Assembly: GCF_001194135.2 (NCBI RefSeq)
Contig: NC_068989.1
Coordinates: 38,771,543 to 38,835,200 of the forward strand
Length of the DNA stretch: 63,658 nt
Direction: 5' to 3'
From: Octopus bimaculoides
Lineage: Eukaryota
A program made the position numbers and the translations under genes. Positions 54,291-63,658 of this stretch are shown here, piece after piece (the first letter of the stretch is position 1; each line of letters opens with the position of its first letter). The notes under the pieces are model-generated. The model ran no database searches. It was not told the origin of the DNA and saw only the letters and a program-made list of their open reading frames with translations.

Positions 54291-55939
54291 CCTGAACAAG
54301 AATGGAAAAGATGAATCAGATTTGACAGTAATAGCTAGAATGAGCTGAGCACGAAAAATTTCTGGAAACTGAGTAGTTTGATAACAGGGAAAGAGAAAAC
54401 TGAAAAGAAAGATGCATGATGTGTGTGTGAGAAGTGCTTTGATTTCTGAGAGTGAGGCATGGCTAATGAACATGAAGCAGTAGAGAATGTTAGAAAGAGT
54501 AAAAGTAAGAATGGTCTGGTGAATGAACAGAGTATGACTGAGGGAGAAAGAAAGACAATGAATTTTAGAGGTTGATGGGAAGAGAGCCAATGATGGATGT
54601 TGTAATGAGAATTGGGATGAAATGGTTGGATCATGTGCTGAGGGGAAAAGAAAGTGACTGAATGAGAGAAGTGGTAGAAATGAATGTGGAAGGGAGTAGA
54701 AGAAGAAAACCAAGACATGGCTGAGAAGGAGGAAATAAGGGCAACAGAGTTCATGAGGCAAGAATGTAGAGGGTAAGGCAAAATGGAAAAACTGCAAAAC
54801 TAACCTCTGCTTTAGCAAAAAAAGAAAAAAAATGGCTTTAAAACACTCGTGATGTTGCCTATGTAAGAAATCAATAAATTTTTTACTGTCTATAAAATTC
54901 CTTTCATGTATAGGCATAAAACTTCAGCTCATTTAACCTGCTGTGAGCTTTAGAAATTTAGGTTTTTGGTAATTAGTTTAAAGCTTTTATTTTTATTGTT
55001 GTTTTTGTCACAATTAATATTAAGGATAGATAAGTTTCTATTGCATTCAGGTGTATATCTCTATTTTGTTCACTTGTTACATTTTTAACTCAATGAACCT
55101 CATCTACATAAATGTGTATGCATGTGTGTGTATGAATTGTATTAATGTTTCCTCTGATTTCTTTTCATTTATGTTCTCAGTGATTTGATTATGAATGCAT
55201 GTCTTTTTTCCCCATTCCTTTCTTTCAGAATACTGTTGCTATTGAAGTAGTACACAGTTGCTGTACTTACAGCTCTTTATAAGTGTGACGATGATCACTG
55301 AGAAATCAGTGGAACATTGTTCATTCTTAAACATGAATTCAAAATTTAACATTTCCATTTAAGCTAATGCTGCAGAAATAATGCAAATAGCAGACAAAAA
55401 GAATGAGCTAATTTGCTGTATGTATATTTCATGCTCTAATTTCTGAGTTCAGTCTTTGCCAAAGCCAATTTTGTTTTCATGCTTTGACAGAAATGATTAT
55501 TACAAATATGTTTAATCAAATATATCACAATTTTCTTTGCTAATTAAAGCTGCTGTGTAAGTCATGAGAGAAGAAATATATACTTAAAATCTCCCTTGTA
55601 TCATTAGATTGATCAGTTACTATATTACAGCAAACATAAAATGAATGCATATTTTGTATATATCTTGTGCATTATGACACAACTTGAAATCTTACTAAGT
55701 CTTTATATAATTTATTGGAATAAGTGTGTTCTTTTGGTTTAAGACAGATTTTTCTGGGGTGAGAAACGAGGAAAATTTTGACAATCCTATTTGTCACAAA
55801 GGTAACTAATAGTCTGAGAGAAGTGAAACAGTTTCAATAAGGAGTCAGAATTAAGTAGTTCACTAATAATTATTTTAATTTGATTCTATTGACTGCTTCT
55901 TATTTTATAATGAATTCATTTTTCTTTTATTTCTGCTAG

Positions 55940-56060
55940 ATCCACATTTTTACTCCACCTCAGAATATCAACATGACTGATTTAGCACTTGAGAGTTCAA
56001 TAAAAATTTTGGATTTCTATGAGGAATACTTTGAGATACCTTACCCTTTACCAAAACTTG
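55940..56060 (+). CDS. Internal coding exon of an M1-family zinc aminopeptidase (aminopeptidase N / ERAP / ENPEP / LNPEP-like)
   Basis: Acceptor tttcttttatttctgctag, donor G|gtaagt, length 121 nt (phase 0 start, phase 1 end). Translates IHIFTPPQNINMTDLALESSIKILDFYEEYFEIPYPLPKL(D). This is the conserved 'lefye.YF.ipYPLPKlD' segment just before the GAMENWGL motif of M1 peptidases. The paralog cannot be assigned from one exon. Confidence 0.92.
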
Positions 56061-57289
56061 GTAAGTAGACAGTATTAAAAATATTTTTATTGCTGTTGTT
56101 TTCATGAAGGCAGTGGGTTGGAAGAATCACTAGAGGGGCATTGGACAAAATACTTGCACTCTTTTACATTCTAAGTTGAAACTCTGCCTATCTGGAGTTT
56201 GCTTTCTAGTATTCCTGTTTTGATAAATTTAGAACCAGTGAAATACTGGAAGCAGCAATCAATTGTTATTCTCAAAATGTGTGAACTAGTGTCTTCACTA
56301 GAAATAGTTATTGTAATATTCAAAAATACTTCACTTGCATGTTGCTGTTGTTAACAGTAGTATAGAATCATGTAATTATTTAAAATATAGAAGCTCAAGC
56401 CCTGCAATATATTGTATTATAGTGTTCTTAAATGCTTCCTGTATTGTTCTGCCTCACTTCTGCAAGTGATTCAAATACTTTCATATTGTTGTGCTGACTG
56501 TTTAAATCTTTCCATTCTCTGGAACAAAAAATACTCATTTATTACTATATATAAAAGCAAAGATTTCTAATACTGATGCAACAATTTAAAGAAAATAGAG
56601 TCACTTAAATTTATTAAACTGTTACAGTATCTACTGAAGAACCTCACACTCTTTGAACTTTGTTGTACTCTTTGATCTACATTCTCTGAACTCTGCTGTC
56701 CTCCAATGTTCAACAATGTCTCCTCCACTATTTTATCTATAAATAAATTATCTACAACAAAACACATTCCTATCAAAATGATACTACTGTTCACTTCATA
56801 CCATTTCTCATGACATCATCCAAATGGAATCTAAATACTTTATGCTAGATATATAATGCATCTATCACAGAATCTTTGGGAACTAAAACATGACAATGTA
56901 ATCTTTTTCAACAACTTGTAACAAATTTTGGTCTCAAGTTGAACCTGGACTGGGTGTTTTTTGTCCAATTAGAAAAATTTTCATGAACAAAATCTAGCTG
57001 AATGCTTACAACTAAATACTGATGCCACCATTAAGATAGCAAATCAAAGTTGTTGACTGGAAGTCAATCACGCTTTAAATAAGCTAACTTCACTCTAAGA
57101 GAAAAAAATGCTGTAAGAACTGAGTAACTGGTTGAACAAAATGCAGTCATGTCATGTCCAGCTCTATTCACTATTAGCTGATGTAGATGGTCATAGCTGT
57201 CAAATACAAAGAGCCTACAATACAAACAGCCAAAAACCTACAAAATTAAACACTATACTAAGGTAGCTGACATTCAAATTCATTCACTC

Positions 57290-57430
57290 ACCCTCTCTCT
57301 GTTTTTGTCTCTCTTTCTTTCTCACTCTCTATCTGTTTCTGTTTCTCTCTCTCTCACTCTCTCTTTCTCTCTCTCACTCTCTCTCACTCTCTCTCTTTCT
57401 CTCTCTCACTCTCTCTCTTTNNNNNNNNNN

Positions 57431-57493
<63 letters not shown>

Positions 57494-57996
57494 ATTTCTC
57501 TCTCATTTTCACATAACTACAGAACCTGTCCACAGCTATCTCAATGTATAAAAAGAATTTTCTTACATTACTCTGCAGTTCTTTCTTGGATGGTTGTGTC
57601 CAATAAAACTTTTAACAATAAACATATGAAGAATTGAAAATAACAACTTATCCCAGCCATTTTACCACCACAATTTCTTTCTTTTTCCATCTTACTATTA
57701 TTCACAACTCAAAACTACTTACCCCTGCTTTAGCATTTCCACATTCTCTCCAAATTCATCTTTTATCATACTAACAATGATGGTGGCAACCCTGAAGTCA
57801 GGTGAGTTGTACCTGTAATTCAAAAGTATAGCATTATTACACATTGTCAAGCTAATTCTGCCTGAAGTTTATTTAGGGTACAATATCTGTGGAATACTCA
57901 GCCACTTATATTTTTAATTCAATAAACAGATAATTTAGTTGATCTAAATCTGAATGCTTATCCTTTAGGCTATAAGTGATCTATCTACTTTATATG

Positions 57997-58066
<70 letters not shown>

Positions 58067-58135
58067 NNNNNNNNNNNNNNNNNNNNNNNNNNNNNNNNNN
58101 NNNNNNNATATATATATATATATATATATATATAT
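57290..58135. repeat. (TC)n tract 57290-57488 and (CA)n/(TA)n tract 58007-58135, each containing an assembly gap
   Basis: Direct reading; N runs at 57421-57430 and 58067-58107. Confidence 0.95.
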
Positions 58136-58705
58136 GGATATGTATAAATGACAAGATTTCTTGAAATGAATTGTTGAATAGTAATAATAATAATAATAAA
58201 CCCAGAAGAAATAGAAGTGAAATCAAATATGTTCTGAAATTGCAGAGTGAAAGAATTATATTGTTTAATAGAAGCCATCTGACGAAAACATAAATAACAA
58301 CTAGAATGACAACAACAATAACAATACTTAAGATATAAAAATTTATTCATTTTTTTTCTAGATGATGAATTTTAGGAATTTAAAAAAAAAAATTGGAATT
58401 GAAATTATTTCTAACAGCTTCTTTGTTTGCATTTTTCCTCTCATTTTCTTTTTCATACTTCAAATATCCGTAAATATTTTATATCCAGAATTTCCATTTC
58501 TGTTTTATTTTATTTTCTTTTATTGTTGAGAAACATAATGAAAGAAAAAATATTATGCATTTTTATATGTTTTATATTCATATTCAACTGTGAGAAAAAT
58601 GTTCAAATCTTTAACATTTTCTGTCATATATCCCGAATTGAAAATAATATTGATTCTGTTTGCCATCATTTCCATATTTATTTTTGCCTTTATTATTAGT
58701 ATTGA

Positions 58706-58739
<34 letters not shown>

Positions 58740-60142
58740 TTGCATTTTGAGTCGTGTATATGTTCTGTTATTGTTGATGTCATTTTTATGGAACATTTGT
58801 TTGTTTTATATCTTTCTTTGCATCTACTTCAAAGCTATTTAGAATACTGTATTACACATTTTCAGCTTATGTTATTAAGAATCAAATATAGAAATTATTT
58901 TTAAGCTTTCAAACATAAGAAAAACACTTGAGAAAAACATTTAAGCTCAGTTTTTCTCTAAATCACTCATTGTACTGCATTTTGTGTTGTTATTTTTTAT
59001 TCTAAATATTGTCTTTGGGATTTTTTACTCTGATTAAATTTGTGTAAAGCAAATTCAATATGAAAAAAAGGATATGCCTATGTAATATTTATTTACACAT
59101 ATGTATGGAATCTATTTAAAATAGTTCAAAAATATTATGTATAAGAGAAGGAGACATTGATTTTATGTAAGAATCAGGGATTTGGTGTTAAAGTATAATA
59201 TCTATTGTTAATAAATAGTTTTTATTGTAGTGGTTATTATGAAAAAAAAAAAAAATAGAATTAAAATATATGCATTGAAAGCAAAATAAATAAATAAATA
59301 CTGTAGAAACTCTCTTGTCTACAGAAATCAACTAGAACTGGATAATTGATGTTGCAAACAGAGATATGTTTAGTGGAAAATTTTGTATGTTTTATATTTC
59401 TGAATATAAGCAAAGTGTAGTATTCATTGGAAGAAGATTATATAGATAGGATGCAATCCTTTTTCATTCATTTATCACAGTGCTGTACCCTCCCACCACT
59501 TAGACAAATTCATTTTACTTATTGATTTTAACTGATGGTAAAGAGGAAAGGTCAGTCACTGCAACAACATAGGTCTGAAGTTGAATCCTGCCAATGTTAA
59601 CTCCATGTATTCTTCACTGTTCTTTCTAGCTGTCTGTCTGTCTGCCTGTCTCTGTCTTTGTCTGTCTATCTATCTGTCTCTCTGTCTCTGTCTCTCTCTC
59701 CCTCTCCCTCTATTACTCTCAGCAAACAGCACTTGTAGATGAAGAGTACTGCTAGAAATTTTAAATCTTTTGCTCTTTTACATGACAAATCAATTTATTC
59801 AACTTCTAAACTGTTTATAACTCCATTTAGTCCACACACTTCCAATAGTGGACAACATAACTACTCAGATATTTTTTAAAGTGCCTTATTAGTTATAGAA
59901 CTACATTAACTCTCCATATGTTTACTTCAGTCTGTATACTGTGCTGGCAGAGCTCCAACATGAGCATGGCCCTAATGTCTAAGACAAACAAGAGAACTAA
60001 CAGTATTACTTTAAAGTTTTATCTGACTCTTCAACATGTTCTGGGGTGGCTCTAAGATTTCCTTCTATCTCAGGAGGGTCATTATGCTAATAATAAATAT
60101 ACACACACTGGTTCAATTTCACTTCTTTATTATTGTCAGGTA

Positions 60143-60404
60143 GTTAGTTGTTTAATCAACTAAGTAATCAATTGTCTGATTAATCATTTGGTTAATTAGT
60201 CATTCAGATGTGCTTGCCAAAGTCCTTTCATTACCATTCATGACCTCTTCAAATGGCATGCCCTCTCTACTCCAGGTCAGCTTCAAATCTGAGGTCATGT
60301 CATTAAGAGGTTGTGAGTGGAAATGATATGACTTTGGCAGACACAAGTAATTGCTTGATTAACTAAATCAAACACTCAATTGGTTACTTAGTTAAATAAC
60401 TAAC
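60143..60404. repeat. Long imperfect inverted repeat (foldback/MITE-like)
   Basis: Arm 60143-60265 (gttagttgtttaa..aactaagtaatcaattg..gtgcttgccaaagtc..acctctt..catgccctc) mirrors arm 60291-60404; 25-nt spacer. Confidence 0.75.
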
Positions 60405-61689
60405 CAATTGGAGAATAATAAAGATAAGAAAAAGATACAATAAAACTTCTGAAATACAACAAATTCTGTTTCCACATAAGTTTGCATCGAGAATCTTATG
60501 AAACAAATACAAAAACATAAAAGTTCTAAGACTGAATTTCCTAAGAACTTGTTGAAAACAGGCATGGCTGTGCAATTAAGAAATTCCCTTCCCAACAATA
60601 TGATTTCTAGTTCATTTCCACTATTGGGACAGTGCTATTATAGCCTCTAGTTGACTAAAGCCTCATGAGTGAATTTGGTAGATAAAAACTGAAAGTCCAT
60701 TTTGTGTATGTATATATGTGTGTGCACATTGTATGTGTTCATGTTTTTCTTTACAATGGAGCTCTATGAAAGATGAGCTACAAGTGTTGTTGTCATTACT
60801 TCAAATCATCTAAATGCTTTACATCTTTGAAGATGTGTGAAATAAGAGATGTTTTACTTGAAAAGCAGGTAATGTTCTAAAAATATACCTGTCTAACCCA
60901 ACCATAGAAAAACGAAGGTCAAAATCAAATAAACAAACTAATCTAATTTCTGCGAAGTCACTTGATAAATTTTTTTCAGCCTCATATAATTTGGTAAATT
61001 TGCATGATACAACAGCTAAATGTGAAATTTGTGTGTACTTTTAAGTGAATTGTGAAGTAGAGCAAAACGATACTTGTTAATATTGAAGAACACTTATGTA
61101 CAGTAACTATTTTCTCTCTTTGGGTTGGTTAGCATGTAGTTGAAATAGTAACAGAGGAGGTGCAATGATTTGTTGTAGACATAATGGAGAAAGTACAGGA
61201 AATATTCTTTCTGATGTTTATGGTGTTGGCAGTAACTAATGACAGAATATTTTGGTATCTGTAGAGCTTTCAGAGATGATTGTTATGAATGAATTAACAA
61301 AATATATGTATGAAAAAATATGTGTGAGTGTTTGATGGGATAAGGGAAATAATTTTGCTATTAATTTTCAGGAAGACAAAAATCAAATATAGAAGTTGCG
61401 ATGATAACATGCAGATAATAATACTATTTGCAGATTGGTGCTAATGGAGATTAGGAGTAATAATTGTTCAGATTGGTAGTGGAAGATAAAAAGTGGGAAA
61501 TATAAATAACAACATAAAAATATTTTATTTTAAGAGAGTAACATTTATAAATGGTTGCATCAATCTTACCAGCATTCACCATATGAATGTTACATTTTTC
61601 TCTTTATACAACTTATAAATCAAAAGGCCTTGCTTTTAAGAATGACTGTTTTCCTCCCTCACTCCTAAAATGTCTTGCAGTATTTCATT

Positions 61690-62343
61690 ATCTGTCTTTG
61701 TGTATGAACAGCCATGCTACATGGCAGTGAGACATGGCTGTGGCTGCAGAGAATGTGCAAAGGCTTGAAAGAAATGGAGCCAGCATTTCTGCTGGATGTG
61801 CAATGTTGGTATGCATGTGTGACAGTGTGTAAGTGTCTTAAGAGAAAACTGGGTAAGAGCAGCAGCAGATGTAGTGTGCAAGAGAGAAGACTGAGCTAAT
61901 ATGGTTATGTGATGCATATGGATGAGGACACTTGTGTAAAGAAGTGCTAATTTATAATTGGGGAGGGAAGCTGTGGAAGGGGTAGACTCAGAAATATGTG
62001 GGATGAGATGATGAAATATGATCTTTGGTTGTTGAGTCTTACAAAGGAGATAACAGATGACTGAAACTTCAGGTAAGTTGTTGTGCTTAAGAAGATACAT
62101 AAAGGTAAGCAAACCATGGTCATTGCCAGTGCTGATGACATGTAAAAGGCACCCATGCCAGTGACACATAAAAGGCACTTATGCTGGTGACATGTAAAAA
62201 ACACCCAGTACACTCTGTAAAGTGGTTGGCATTAGGAAGGGCATCTAGACAGATGCCAGGAGCCTGGTGCAGCTCTCTGGCTCACCAGTCAAACTGTCTA
62301 ATCCATGCCAGTATGGAAAATGGGTGTTAAATGATGATGATGA
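61690..62343 (+). mobile_element. RTE LINE 3' fragment with UTR and (GAT)n tail
   Basis: MLHGSETW motif (61714), GSCGRGRLRNMWDEMMKYDL-like segment (about 61966-62025), then the shared UTR/tail ending ttaaatgatgatgatg. Confidence 0.75.
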
Positions 62344-63342
62344 TTTTTGGTTTATGTGTTCAAATGTTACCATAGTCAGCTTTACATTACATTAAAGGGT
62401 TTGATCACCTGTCTCTTTCACCTAAAGTATGTGATTTGGTGATGGAGTTTGAAATAATAATAAATAATACCTATTTTTTTGTTTACAACATTATCATTAA
62501 TTTGGAGTTAATTACTCACAACAATTTAGTAGTTGTTAAAAAGCATAAATGCTGTGATTATATGTTAGACTTTATACCTTTGTTAACAAATCTGGATTTC
62601 ATTGTTATCTAGTCTGAGTATTGTTGTTATTGTCAACCAATCATTCATTCTTAGTAAACCTTCTTGTACTCTTAAATGATAGCTGTTTAACTGGCAGCAG
62701 TTTTATCAAAGCTGGTAAAAATCTTTATATATATATTCTTTAGTTAAAAGTAAGATGTGGTTGAAAAGATGTATAGTGTTAAATCTCCTTAGCTTCATTG
62801 AGTGGGTACAGGTATGGCTTTGTGGTTAAAAATTTTATTTACCACTACATGGCTCCAGTTTACTCCTACTATACTGTACATGAGGCAGGAGTCTTCAACT
62901 GTAGCCATGGGTTGACTAATACCTTATGTGTAGAATTTCATACGAAGAAACTTTGAGGAAGCCTCTATTATGTAGTATATCCATAATATATATTTGTATA
63001 TATTACATACATTCACCAATATATATCAGCAAAGGTTATATAAAATGTAGAGTAAAAATCCAAAGACCAGAAACTGTCCGTCCAACAACAGCCCATCAAG
63101 ATACTTATGCTGTACTCAGATACAGACACTTCCTCGTCTCTTTCATCTTCATAAAAACAATAAAGCCATGATGGTTCCAGTGAAAATGATCTACAGCAAT
63201 GCTACTTTGCAACATTGCAATATGAAATAAATAAAATATATTACTAGGCATTTGATACATGAAAACTTCAGTTAGAAAATCTATGAATAAGAAATGTTAA
63301 ATCACAAATTACTAATAAATAGAGCTAAAATGTTTTTTATAT

Positions 63343-63658
63343 CATCATCATCATCATCATCATCATCGTTTAACGTCCGCTTTCCATACTAGCATGGGTT
63401 GGACGATTTGACTGAGGACTGGTGAAACCGGATGGCAACACCAGGTTCCAATCTAATTTGGCAGAGTTTCTACAGTTGGATGCCCTTCCTAACACCAACC
63501 ACTCAGAGAGTGTAGTGGGTGCTTTTACGTGTCACCCGCACAAAAACGGCCACGCTCGAAATGGTGTCTTTTATGTGCCACCCGCACAAGCCAGTCCAGG
63601 GGCACTGGCAACGATCTCACTCGAAAACCCTACGGGAGCCAGGCAGGCGGTACTGGCA
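63343..63658 (-). mobile_element. RTE 3'-UTR element (truncated by window end)
   Basis: (CAT)n then cgtttaacgtccgctttccatactagcatgggttggacg..., the reverse complement of the tail seen at 13600-13777. Confidence 0.85.

Noticed and set aside
52408-54917. Hydrophobic 148-209 aa ORFs resembling membrane proteins
   Set aside because: They arise from CT/GA-rich low-complexity tracts lacking stop codons.
55745-55801. Possible upstream aminopeptidase exon (DFSGVRNEENFDNPICHK) ending in G|gtaact
   Set aside because: It ends in phase 1 whereas the real exon starts in phase 0, and it lacks the MSTYL context.

Overview
AT-rich, repeat-dense eukaryotic scaffold with five N gaps. The SINE, RTE-tail and microsatellite families look like octopus/coleoid cephalopod DNA; this is an inference from family recognition, not a search result. 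Only one host exon is securely recognisable: a 121-nt M1 aminopeptidase exon on the + strand (55940-56060). I could not find its neighbouring exons, so most of the window is probably giant intron or intergenic DNA. A weak chain of phase-compatible mini-exons lies on the - strand. Mobile DNA dominates: a near full-length dead Penelope-like element (Naiad-type motifs) with a young non-autonomous Helitron nested in it, restriction-like-endonuclease LINE remnants, RTE, CR1 and L2/Jockey-type fragments, and arrays of tRNA-type SINEs. The best finding is a fully base-paired minimal type I hammerhead ribozyme (21603-21647) with a palindromic helix III. It sits in a 358-bp unit bounded by 60-bp direct repeats, the architecture of a non-LTR retrozyme or a solo Penelope terminal repeat. 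A second, decayed hammerhead lies 1.2 kb upstream.
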